A DNA stretch of 64,000 bases. Source: Vermamoeba vermiformis (Eukaryota). The notes beneath the pieces are model-generated. The model was given only the letters and a program-made list of their open reading frames with translations, was not told the DNA's origin and searched no databases. A program made the translations under genes and the position numbers. Where the stretch lies: positions 1-64,000 of the forward strand of contig JBEWZL010000053.1 of the NCBI GenBank assembly GCA_045837725.1. The letters are read 5' to 3'. The number at the start of each line of letters is the position of its first letter. Position 1 is the first letter of the stretch. Positions 25,095-37,489 of this stretch are shown here, piece by piece.

Positions 25095-25981
25095 ATCGAG
25101 TTAAGTTGTTGTTGCTTGTTGATTGCAAATTGAATGAAATGAAAAAGCTAGACCGGTGCAAGTTTTTAACCTGGCAGAAAATTTCGCCTTCAAAGAATAA
25201 TTACGCGATGCTCAGAAGAAAACAAAGGAGAAGGAATTTTACGCACATTTGTGGGAGCTTCGAACCGCCTAGCGAGCCTTTAAGCGCAAATTTTATTATA
25301 TTTATGTTCCGGTAGTCGCCGCGCTGCGCCAGCAGCTCGGATTTGCGCGGGTTGACCTATTGGGCCCGGAGTTTTTGAGGGGGCCCGACGCCGCTTTTAA
25401 AGAGCAGATGGCCGGGATGTGTCGCGCCTGGAAAACTTGCGCCGAGGGAAAAAGAAAAATAATGGTATTTAGTCAGGCGGCACGCCGCGGACGGGAGCAG
25501 GTTATTTAAAAATATTTCAGAAAAAAGTCGCCCTGAAAATAATTGCAAACATAAACGCATTAACTGGGCGCACCTAGCCCCCTATCTATTATATCTATGC
25601 TTTGGTGCGGAATAATCACTGCAATTTTCGTAATCTCACAATGTGCGTAAAATTTCTTCTCAGGAATGTGAAAAAGAGGAAGATTTCGCTGCATTTTGTA
25701 CAAAAATGTATATTTGACGCGAGTTTTTGGAATAATAGCAGGTAATTTGACCGAGATCTCTGAACTTTTGGTTCGTCGATTACCGCGGCACTCTTTCGTT
25801 TTTGCTAGCTTTTAGGGCCATTACAGATTCTTCGCATTTTTTTAGGCTATGGAGTAATTTAATTACTTTTGGGTGGAAGTATTTACAGGTGTTACAACGG
25901 CTACATGAAGCCCGTCTGACAAAAATATTGCGCTTTTGCAACTGCGCTTAGAATTGTTGTTTCGAAATAAGTTATGTATTA

Positions 25982-26566
25982 TTAGAAGAATTTGGTTCCT
26001 TGCGCTTGCAATTGCTTCATTCGCTCCGTAGTTTGTTCGTGGATGCAGTCTTCCAAAGCCTAAAAATTCCAAATATTAATATAAATTAATTAACAGGCTA
26101 TAGATTGCGAATGATATGAAGGCGAAGAAGTTCAAGGTTATTGATATTGCATAATGGCGTGTTACTTACGTGTTCTCCGTAGATCCACATGCCAGCTGTC
26201 ATTATACCTAGAAACTATTTTAGTATATCACATTATATGGCGTGAAATTATATTGCAATATTTGTCGAATTTTGGATAACTTGCTAATGAAAATTTGTTC
26301 AAGATTTGACATACCGGTGACAAACAAAATTCCATGGTTGACCCGCAGGCGTTTTTGAATCCACAATGCTGTAAGTAAGATTATTAGGACAGAATACAAT
26401 TGAAGAAAATTTCTCTAGTCAAATCTATACATTTTTTGAATGCAGCGTATGTTAAGGTGCCAGAAACAGCACCATAAATTATTGCACCAAGTGTTCCTTG
26501 CTTAGCGACTCTTCCGAGGCATTCTGAAAGGTTCTTTTTTTTCTCTACTTCGTAAGGTGTGGTCAT
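25982..26566 (-). CDS. Small two-TM membrane protein of unknown function (4 exons)
   Basis: MTTPYEVEKKKNLSECLGRVAKQGTLGAIIYGAVSG...GIMTAGMWIYGEH|ALEDCIHEQ...KFF*, joined via GT-AG introns. Confidence 0.55.
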
Positions 26567-27457
26567 CTTGGGTTACTATAGAAATAAATAGCTAACTAAA
26601 TACTGATACGTGACTTCGACGTGATCGGGTAATGTGGTGTTTGCTTCGCGCAAAAATTGCATTAAATAACATTGCACACTAAACTCACAGCGCCGCCAGT
26701 CACGTGACTACTCACAAACTCCTAATAACTCCGGGACCGAATTCACTGCTGCGCGTTAGTGAATAGTTTCCCTATTTTATTTGCACCAGATTGTAAAGTT
26801 GCCGAATGAATCCCGCGATAGGCCGAGGAATTAAATATGTTTGTCGATCAGCTGCGCACTTTTGGACATTTATCCTGTAGGCTAACGGTACATCACCCAG
26901 TTATCTAAAAATATTCTATATCCTTCGGTGATGGCGCTACCAAACTTCAATGCACGTTTAGTCGGAGACAGCTCCGAATGGCATTGGAAATAATTATTAA
27001 TAATGAACATCTCCGGCTCTTGTCGTTCAAAATTGAAAAGTAATTTCTCTGTCAAATCCATGAGCACCTACTTTATTGCAATCGAGTTTGATTTGTTGAA
27101 CTGTCAAATTGAAATATAAGGTAATCGTGAATAACGCTTAATCGTAACACTTTTCACCTTATTTATACAGGGGAAATTGCGTCGTCATTTTGTAAGGTCG
27201 CGCGCATATAATTCATTTAATTTCACCTAGTTGTAACCTGGGGCCTGAACGAGCAGCAATCAGGAGTGCAAATTCTAATTGCAGATTTCCAAATTTTGGT
27301 ATTACGAACTATTCTCTTGCGGTTATGCGATAGGGTTTCAAGTAAATTTGGCCGAGCACAAATCTTACTTTTTTCTGGCCTGACGTCAGGCTCAACAACA
27401 GCTATTTATGCTTCATTATTTGCAAGTAGCAATGGTGCAGTAATACTCCTTGCTCCA

Positions 27458-28635
27458 ATGGGTATGTTTCATAGTACGAGCGGGAAGCATTTCTACCGGC
27501 CATACAAAATGGTGGTAGACTTAGTAATCCCCAAGGAGACTCTGCGCAAGATTCTGATCCGCGAAGACGAGCTCCGCTATTCAAAAGAATATTTGGAGAA
27601 GTACGATAAGGCTCAGCAAGAGAAAAGCTTGGGCAGAATTCGAGATGTAACTTTGGAAATTCAAAATCAAGCTTTGAAGGAATTTGGATATTGGGATATG
27701 CGAGGCATTACTGTTTTAAATAATGCTCGACACGAGTATAAGTAAGCGACATTTTTTAAAATTCGGCGTTACTTAAAATAATAATTGTTTGCTCTGATAA
27801 AACTTTCGCGTTCAGTATTAACATTAACGTCGATTAGAGACGACCCCGAGATGAATAAGCTCACTGTGTATATGCGATGCGACCATAGTACTGAAGGAGA
27901 TATCGCTAAACAGAAAATGGCTCCGGATGCAGCACTCGTGACTTTGAACGGCGAACAAACCTCTCTCACCTCATACTTGGCTTCATTGACTCCCAAACTG
28001 TACGTATATCATGTGGCCAATGTAGTCGAAGCTAATTCAACTGTATCAGACCTGTGGTGATTCTTTCAGGCTCGTTGACATGACCTCCGTTTCGTTTTGC
28101 AATTGAAGAGATGAATCAGTTGCAAAAGAAATATGAAGGCAAAGCACACTTTATCTACGTGTACATTGAAGAAGCTCATGCTGAGTGAGTAGACGAACAA
28201 ACGTGAGATATCTGGTTGTTTATCTAACGTTGATTTTGTAGTGACGAGTGGCCGTTGAGCACCACGTTCTGCATCAAACAACACAAAACAATGGAAGAAC
28301 GACTGACTGCAGCGAAGATGTTGGTGAATGAGTTCGGTTCGACCATTCCAGTGCTTGTTGACTCGATGGCGAATGAGTTCAACACCAAGTACTCTGTCTG
28401 GCCTGAGAGGTACGAGCTTCTTATTCAGAGTTTGTAATGACTTATCAGTACTGATATTAATTTATCGAAATTTAGATTCTTCATTGTGGGTGGTGAAGGC
28501 GAGATGATTCTTGCGGCTTATCCGACTACCGAGTTCGGATTTGATCGTGGTTTGATTGACACGCACTTGCAAAGCTTGACAGTGCCTCCTCAGGACAAGG
28601 CGGCTGTAGTGATGCAGGAAGCGCAGTCAAAATGA
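27458..28635 (+). CDS. Iodothyronine deiodinase-like selenoprotein, copy 1 (Sec codon TGA 28081-28083)
   Basis: Spliced PKLPVVILSGSLT-TGA-PPFRF, VYIEEAHA.DEWP, IKQHKTMEERL.AA, VLVDSM.NEF..KYSVWPERFFI, i.e. deiodinase thioredoxin-fold motifs. SECIS downstream. Confidence 0.9.
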
Positions 28636-28683
28636 GTGTAATTGTTAGACTAGTTATGTCCAGCGTAGCATTCTTATGCAACT

Positions 28684-28752
28684 CGATTTCGTGATGACAA
28701 AGTGAACGGTCAAACTCTAATTTAAAACGAGTCCCGTCACTTTTGAGAATAA
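28684..28752 (+). promoter_or_regulatory. SECIS element (type II-like) of deiodinase copy 1
   Basis: ATGA(28694)-CAAAGTGAACGG-TC-AAA-CTC...GAG-TC-CCGTCACTTTT-GA: AUGA/GA core, stem, unpaired AAA, apical mini-stem. Confidence 0.85.
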
Positions 28753-29868
28753 GAAGCGGTTGTTTTAGCGAGTGCGAAGCTGCAAGGAGCTAGTTTGTAA
28801 ATAAAAAATTGTAGTTAGCGCAAAATCAGTTTCAGGTCTTGAGACAATTATAGAATTCAGATCTTCCGGTAAACTAATGATTGACGTTCAGCAATCTTTT
28901 TGACAGATAAGTGCAGCGATTATACGATATTTCAATTATATTACATTATATTAGTACATAATATTTTTTCAATTCAAAGGTTTCGAAACCTCTCCAACAC
29001 CTGTACGGAAATAAGTGAAAAGCTGAGATGACATAGCAGTATCGATGGCTACTCACAACATCGAGCGCAATTTCTGACAGATCTGTTGAGCCAATTTCGC
29101 AATCAATGGCCCTTCACAACTTGTCGAAACAAGGCTTTTTGAGATGCAATAATCATCTTGAGCTTAATGGGAGATTGATCGGGACACCATAGTACAAATA
29201 TGATTAGATTTCGAACGGTTCCATTGTTTTGGGTGTACGTAATTCTTTTAACGGCGTAGCAAGGCTCTTTTTCAGGTAGATCGGCTAAAAACTATAACAA
29301 TAATTAATATCCTTGCCGTATAACAATTTATTGCCGAGTGATACCTGTTCGTAAGAGGATCCTGGACTTCCGAATTTATCGATCGTAATTGAATTTGTAG
29401 AACGGTCGTATTTGAAAGTAATGTAACCATAGACTTGAACGAGTTTTTAGTGCTTCAAATTCTCGAGGACATGCTTCTGAAATAGTGATTGCGGCAGAGG
29501 GAGGAGGCAGCTGAGTGTTTAAAATAAACAAAATAAATAAATTAAAAATTTGATTATAGGCGTTTTGAGTACAGTAATAATGCATACCATCTCACAAGGC
29601 TATTTAGAAAATAAAAATATTAATGCCAATTGCAAGCGTAGTTCAAACCTGCTTACCATGTCAACCATTTTGGCTTTGAAACGATATAATTTGCAATTGT
29701 ATATATATAAGAGTAATTTTGGCTTCGATTGTTGCAATCGTGGTTGCGCAATGAAATTGACGTTCTTAACTATTTCTGTCCACTGGAGAGTCTTTTGTCC
29801 TCCCATGCAAAATAAACCTCAAGAAGACTATTTCAAAACCAAACGCGATCTAGATACCACAGCCCGCA

Positions 29869-31179
29869 ATGGGCATGTTTCATAGTACGAGCGGGAAGGA
29901 GTTTTACAGCCCCTACAGCCGGCATGTTCGTTGCGAAATACGGAAAGAAACGCTGAAACAGATATTGATTCGTGAGGATGAGCTCCGCTTTTCGAAAGAA
30001 TATTTAGAAAAATGTGACAAAGCTCAACAAGAAAAAAGCTTGGCGAAAATTCGAGATGCGACAATTGAAATTCAAGATCGAGCTTTGAAGGAATTCGGCT
30101 TTGAACAAAAGAACTGGCCAGAATAGTATTGTACAATGCGCGTCACAAATATAGGTATATTTAATTTTAATAATCAGTTTAAATTCAAAATATTGACGTA
30201 AATTGACAGAGACGATCCCGAGATGAATAGGCTCACAGTGTACATGAGACACGATCACAGTGAGAGAGGAAATTTAATTCCTAAATATGCAGGATATCCT
30301 CAGAGGAAAGAAGACTACACAGCTCCAGATGCAGCACTCGTGACTTTGAACGGTGAACAAACCTCTCTCACCTCCTACTTGACTTCACTGACTACCAAAC
30401 TGTACGTATATCACATCGCCAATGTAGTCGAAACTAATTCAACTGTATCAGACCTGTGGTGATTCTTTCAGGTTCATTGACATGACCTCCGTTTCGCTTT
30501 GCAATTGAAGAGATGAATCAGTTGCAAAAGAAATATGAAGGCAAAGCACATTTTGTCTACGTGTACATTGAAGAAGCTCATGCTGAGTGAGTAGACGAAC
30601 TGACGTGAGATATCTAGTTGTTTATGTAACGTTGATTTTGTAGCGACGAGTGGCCGTTGAGCACCACGTTCTGCATCAAACAACACAAAACAATGGAAGA
30701 ACGACTGACTGCAGCAAAGATGTTGGTGAATGAGTTCGGTTCGACCATTCCAGTGCTTGTTGACTCGATGGCGAATGAGTTCAACACCAAGTACTCTGTC
30801 TGGCCTGAGAGGTACGAGCTTCTTATTCACAGTTTGTAATGACTTATCAGTACTGATATTAATTCTTATTCATACTTAATCGTACGATCTTTCTCCTCTG
30901 CCACGGAACTTATCTACTTGCGTAAAGCCTTATTAACATGTTGCATTAACTAGATTCTTCATTGTGAATTGCGAATCCGAGCTGCTTTACGTTGCCTCTC
31001 CAACCACAGAGTTCGGCTTTGATCGCACTGAGATTGACAGGGAGTTGCAAAGACTTTCAGCTCCCGCCTCAAATCCAGAGCCGACTTCATCTGCAGAGAC
31101 CGCTTTTGTTCCCGTGCCCCCAGCGACCGTGCCCAGTCCAGGCATACAAAAGACTGAAGATGAAGCTAAAGATGAATAA
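29869..31179 (+). CDS. Iodothyronine deiodinase-like selenoprotein, copy 2 (Sec codon TGA 30483-30485), with apparent 1-nt frameshift near 30105
   Basis: Paralog of 27458-28635 with the same intron positions and GSLT-TGA-PPF. Exon 1 shifts frame before IVLYNARHKY. Confidence 0.8.
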
Positions 31180-31229
31180 CACATTCATTATGGACGTCTA
31201 ATTACTTCAGCGCGTATTCGCAGGGCAAC

Positions 31230-31300
31230 TCGATTTCGGGATGACAAAGTGAACGGTCAAACTCTAATTTAAAACGGGTCCCGCCACTTTTGAGAATAAG
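31230..31300 (+). promoter_or_regulatory. SECIS element of deiodinase copy 2
   Basis: ATGACAAAGTGAACGGTCAAACTCTAATTTAAAACGGGTCCCGCCACTTTTGAG, nearly identical to the copy 1 SECIS although the adjacent last exon diverges. Confidence 0.85.
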
Positions 31301-31458
31301 AAACAGTTGTATTAGCGAGTGCGAAGCTGTAGATGCGTCTAATTGTAGTAGTAATAGTAAGTAAATAGCGATACCTAAATTTGCGTCCTGAGCTTGTGTC
31401 CGATAAAAATTTCTGCGCAGATCAAAAGCTTTTAAAGTTGACCACGCATACCACATCT

Positions 31459-33064
31459 ATGGATCATTTTCTAATACGCGCAACGACTAGCTCGCTATTA
31501 ACGCTCATTATGGAGCCCTCCCACAGCTGGTTCGTACGATCCCCGTCTTTTTATTCATCTGCTACTCGCCTCAAGTAATAAAAATAAGCACAACAATATT
31601 AAAATTAAATTGCATAATATTTATTGAGATCAATAATATTATATTAGTAAAGTGCGAGAAGCTGGATCTGGGTAATAAAAATTAATTAATTACAACTTTG
31701 TTTATCCAGATAGAAGGCAACGAAGAACCCAAGCATGGCAATTACTACTGATGCATTTGCCTTTAAGATATCTAAAGGGCCGGATGCAGATTGGGCTACG
31801 GTATGTCCTCACAAAACAAAACAATAATTTGCTAACGGCGTATTGCCGGAGAAAGGTTCGGAGCTGCATTAATACGAGCAAAAGGAGTTAGCAAGTTACG
31901 CCGCAGTTAGTTAACCGGTTTATCCTTTCCTTTTCAAGCAAGTTCGGATCACGAGGTTGATTGACAAGTCGTCCATCAGCCGTAAAAAATGCAGGTTTAA
32001 AAGTGTAGCGTTAATTAATGGTTTATTAATCGTACACAATACAATAGAAGCACAACAAGACCCACCATGGACAGCAGCTTGCTTTCTCATCCCCAGATTC
32101 ACTTCGCGCATTCGCCTTTGGAGTTCACCTCGCCATTTGACTTGCCTATAAATTCTGTGTTCGACATAGGATATACTTTGGTCGAGACGTACGAGCGATT
32201 TATCCAAGTTGGAGTCAGCCAGCCCAAAGCCGATCAAATCTCAACGCCCACATCCGCCTCTTCTCAAAGTCAAATGCAACGAGTAAATTTCGACTATATC
32301 AATTCAACATTCGAAGGTCAAGAAACTCTTACTGGATTCTTGAGCTGCCTCAGATCCTCGATCGAGGAGCAAGAACAGCATTTCCGTCACTTGCACAACT
32401 TCAGTACAAAATACATCGCACATATCGAGTACGTAGATACTGCACTCTTATGTAAGGTACTAATGACTATCTACAGTAATCGCCAGAGCGAAGAGGAAGA
32501 AGAAGAAAAAGAACGAAGGCCCGTTGAAAAGTTGATCCCCGAGTGGGTTGGGATCGATTGGAACGCGTTGGATGAAGACAATAGTACATCATTGCACATA
32601 GACGCTATTAACCCCGCCAAGAAACGACAAGGAAATCTTCCGAAGTCTATAACGGAGCAACTTAAGGTACCACACATCCGCATCCCAAATGCTTGATTCA
32701 ATTTCCTAATCTTTGCTTTGTTTAGTCGTGGCTTCGTGAGCATATAGACAACCCGTATCCGGTTAGTACATTGCAAGTTAACTTCTTAATTCAAGTTAAT
32801 TAACGAAGGAAATTTCAGAACGAGATCGAAAAAGAAAGATTGCTTAAAGAGACGGGGTTGACTTCAGTGCAATTGGCTAACTGGTTCATCAACGCACGTA
32901 GAAGATATGTAAGTATCAAATGACAGGATAATGAACCTTAAAAGAAATACTAACCGTATCTTCAGGTGCCGAAACTAATGCAACACGATCCGATCAGAAA
33001 GCGCGCAGTCATTAAGACAGAAACGAGAAGAGGCCGTAAGAAGGGATCCAAAAAGGCCAAGTAA
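31459..33064 (+). CDS. TALE-class homeobox transcription factor (5' end uncertain)
   Basis: Spliced KKRQGNLPKSITEQLK|SWLREHIDNPYP|NEIEKERLLKETGLTSVQLANWFINARRRY. Confidence 0.85.
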
Positions 33065-33334
33065 GCCAGTATTTAGTGCTTATTTCTGTATAAGTACGCT
33101 GTAAATATATTTTGTTTTACGAAGGCTGTGAGCTGTCTTTTAATTGTCAAATCTTTTTGTTGCTATTTTTAAAACATATAGTGGCACCAAATTTCGCAGG
33201 ATTATGCGAAAGAATTACGCTTCGGGGCTTTTGTACAATTCCCTCCCGATCCAAAACTAGCTGTCAAAAAATGTCACCAACCGGTTTTCCTACGCACAAA
33301 TCCAATTATTCATCAAATTAACATCAACGACAAT

Positions 33335-36300
33335 ATGGGCACCTCACCTTTTCATTTAGGTACGTTTTCCTGCTATTACATCTCACTTTTCATCGGATCT
33401 AACAATCCATACAAATTCACATTGCTCGTCAAGGTTCTAATTGGTCATTATATTAATTAGGATGGGTAGCTCTTCTACTAGTATGTTTTCTGTCACCTAG
33501 CATGAGTGCATTGTTGCAAACCGAAAAGGATGTGATGGTCGAGTTAGCAAACGAGTGGAAATTATGGAATACCACAGCTGATTTTTGCTCGTTAAGATAC
33601 ATCAATTGCACCGTTTTGGGAGGTTCAGTTCAGGTGATGTAAGTAAACAATATCTTTCGAAATTCATGTGCTTATCTATAAAATTGCCGATAATGCACAA
33701 TTATATGCCATTATTTTCTTTAATTATTATGACTCGGCGATACTACATGGTAATTTTTTATAAAATCTGCGGCCTTACTGACCTATTGTTGCTTTTCAGA
33801 AATATTGCGGGCATGGGTGTTTCCGGGACCATTCCGCCATCAATCGGCAACCTCACCAATTTATTTTTTCTGTAAGTAGCTTAAATATCGAGTGATTGGC
33901 TAAATTTGACTGCAGTAAACTCGAAAATAATCAATTAACGGGGACGATTCCGGATGTGTTCAACAGCTTCACCAAGATAACGCTGTTTGTGTAAGTAGAA
34001 ATGGTGGCGACATCGATAATACATAAAACTGACGCATATTACTTAAAAGGAACCTTAGCGGAAATCAACTTACCGGAACCATTCCCCCAAGTCTCGAAAA
34101 TGTACTTTCGGTGTAAGAGCTCGTGATTTCTGACCAATGACACGGAATTAATAGCTAACTGCAGCGACTTGTCGTACAACTATTTAACCGGCACGATTCC
34201 ATTCAAGTACTTTCGATCTCTCTTAATGTACGTACTCTGCTCTCTCGATTAACAGCTTGACTAAACATTAACGAATTCGAAAAGAAATCTCGGTTCGAAT
34301 CAACTGACCGGCACTATACCTTCTGATGGAGTTTTCGATTTTGGTGCGACTCTGTAAGGAGCTTTGGTTTGTTACTACAGCCCAGATCTAACGGTATTTT
34401 GCAAAGCGATCTTTCTTCAAATCAGCTTACTGGGCCTATTCCACCTCAAATGTTCGACTTGACATCAAATTTAGCGCGACTGTAAGTTACTCCACTCTGA
34501 TCTCGAACGACCGAAGTTGACACGTGTCATCGCTTCTTGACGCGTCATTCTGATCTCTTACATGAAGTACCGAACTAATTTACGCAACAGGGATCTCTCA
34601 AATAATCAACTTAGTGGCACACTACCACCGATATTGAAATCTCCGCCATTATTGTAAGGAGATGTTTAATTGTACGGGAGGTGCGACAGCACTTAATTAA
34701 GAATTTCTTTATAGGAAATTTGCTTCGAATCGATTGAACGGTACTGTTAACATTCAATCTTCATCGCTTGACGTCATTGTAAGTGGAAATTCCGTTTCAG
34801 TCGAGATTATTATAGACTAATTGAAATAGGGACATTTCATTCAATGAATTTGAGAGCTTTAATAACTTGGGCGGCCTTTTCGCACAACTTAAATTGGATT
34901 ATTTGTAAGTAAAAATAATTGGCTTCATTGTTCGCTGATTTTTTTTGTAGGTACGCCAAAGGAAACAAATTCGCGTTTAATTTGACTACGGTCAGATTTT
35001 GGAACTTCTTTGCTAACGTGCTTGAATTGTAAGATATTTTGAGCCAAAAAATATTTCGAAGTATGCGCTTAATTTTAACTCTCTTATCCCTAGGGACTTA
35101 AGCTCGAACTTATTCGAATCGGAAATACCTAGTATTCCATTCTTGGTCCACCCGTTAACCATCAAATTGTAAGACTAGGTCTATGGTCGCCAGATCTGAC
35201 TAATTTCTACAGAAATTTGAGCAACAATAAGCTTCGTGGCACTATCCCAGACACCATAGTACAACTAACGAAAATGCAAGAACTGTAAGACTACATATAT
35301 CCACCTTTGTTTGTTTTTCGGTGAAGTTAACCAGATCTGTTAGGGATTTGAGTTTCAACAAACTATCCGGGGAAATTCCGTTTTCAATTAGCAAAATGAG
35401 GAGCGTAAAGATATTGTACGTCGATGATAATACCCTCCCTAACAAAAACTAACGTTTGTGCAGCAATTTGGAGTCAAATCAATTTCGAGGTACTTTTCCT
35501 GCAGCATTGGCTCAAGTACCATCGCTCGAAGAACTGTAAGTTAGATAGTAAGTTATATATATATGTTTAACTAATTGTTATCAGAAATCTTGAAAACAAT
35601 CTAATGACCGGTACATTACCTGATTCCATCGGAGACATGCGACGATTGCAAAAACTCAAGTTGGCCGGCAATAAAATCAGCGGGACATTGCCAGAATCGA
35701 TCTTTGAATGCCCATTGGTCGAGTTGTTAGAAGTATTTCTGCCGTTCATGAATGATGACTTAACTTTTTGCCAGGTCATTGAGCAGCAATCAATTTAGTG
35801 GCGCATTAGTGATCAGTCCGAATAGTTCTCATTCGCTAAAACTACTGTAAGGCATTGCTATTTATAGCTCAGTATTTGTCATTGACATTTATTTTTGGCA
35901 GCGATCTTCAAGACAATCAATTTTCAGGGCCTTTTCCCACGGACAATTTCAACCTACTCTCGGAGCTGTTTCAATTGTAAGGATCTTTTTTTCAGTGATA
36001 GTGCAACTCTGACACTTTACTAAGGAACCTCGCCGGCAACAGATTCGTTGGTTCGTTCGCACCAAATATGGAACTGCAGACGTGTTCTGTGGCTGGAAAT
36101 CAATTCTGCTGCGCTGCAAATTCATCGACAGCGTGTGCCTCGAATACACCATGTAAGATTATGATATAGGCGTGATTAAACTTGACTTGTGACACTTTGA
36201 CAGGTTCATTGCCCGTACTACATGTTTCCGGAAATTACACGCACAATGTGTCTACTACAACGTACCAAAGTAAGCGGGTGTAATGTTATCCTATGCTTAT

Positions 36301-37252
36301 ACTAACGCTTCATTAACTAGCGATTGATGTGCAAAGTGACGGAACTTTAATTTTCAACGTTGACACTTCATTCGAAGCCTACTGTTTGACACTCGATGGC
36401 TTGGTTGCCGTGAACATGCCGAGAGATAATCAACTAGAAGAAGGGTCTAGCACAGTAGAGCTATTTAAATACGGAGTATTGTATTCAACGCCGCCAACAG
36501 ATCAATTCTACATCGTCGACAATGAGAAGTGCGTCGACTACTCAATTCAACAGTGGATTATTACAGAGCCGAATAATGACCAGTTTGGAAGTATAAGCGT
36601 CGTATTATCAAAGAACCGAATCGTTGGATGCGTGGATCTATCTGAAACAGAGTCGCTGATCATTGGCTTGGTGGTTGGACTCGGATCCCTGTTAATTTTG
36701 GCGGGAATTGTCATTCTGATCTTGTGGAAGAAAGGAAAGCTACGAAAGAATATCAGACCCATATCAAAGACTATGTTGAACGTATTATCAGCCGAAAGGT
36801 CCTTTTTGACATCGGTTTCATCACTGAAAGTAGAAAAAGAACTTGGATCCGGCAGCTTTGGCAAGGTCTATATTGGTAAATGGCATCAAACTAAAGTAGC
36901 TCTGAAATTCTGCAACGTTCCTGGAAAAATGGATGAATTTCTTCAAGAAGCTTCGTTGATGATGAACTTGACGCCGCATCCGAACGTGTTGCAGTTGCTA
37001 GCTATCAGTATTGATGGTCCAGAGCCAGTCATAGTTTTAGAATATTGCGATGAAGGTGCATTGGACATTCTGCTCTTCGATACAAACGAAAGAGTCTCGC
37101 AAGAAAAACAGATCGCCTTAGCAACAGGTACGAATTTATTTCTTCAATTCAATAATATTATCTAGTAGATATATAGTAATATGATACATTAGGTGTTGCT
37201 AGAGGCATGCTTCACTTGCACCAAAATAACTTGATCCATCGAGATCTGGCCG
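33335..37252 (+). CDS. LRR receptor-like tyrosine-kinase-like (TKL) kinase; kinase domain breaks off after HRDLAA
   Basis: Signal peptide, many LxxNxLxGxIP exons, TM LIIGLVVGLGSLLILAGIVILILW, kinase GSGSFG, VALK, HPNV, HRDLAA. Confidence 0.85.
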
Positions 37253-37489
37253 CAATTCTCTTAAGAGAAGATTGAGTCGCGATAAGATGCCAGGAGAATT
37301 GACGCAGAAAGAAGAGAGCACCCACGAGAGCACAGGGGCTGTACAGTATTTTGTATTGTTTAGAAGAGTAGTGAAAAAAAAATAGCCGCCCAGGGCGAAG
37401 AGAGGAAGAAAAAAAAAAAACATAGCGGAGGAGGAGAGGCGAAAAAACCCACGGAGGGCCGGGGGCCCCTATCCCGTGGTGGACGGATG

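Noticed and set aside
26780-27120. Short minus-strand ORF upstream of deiodinase copy 1 (and fragments at 28860-29660)
   Set aside because: Interrupted by stops with no recognisable motif; possibly gene remnants but unsupported.
28081-28083. In-frame TGA as a pseudogene stop or a UGA=Trp genetic code
   Set aside because: It is conserved in both paralogs at the catalytic Sec position with SECIS elements, and Trp is TGG throughout the window.
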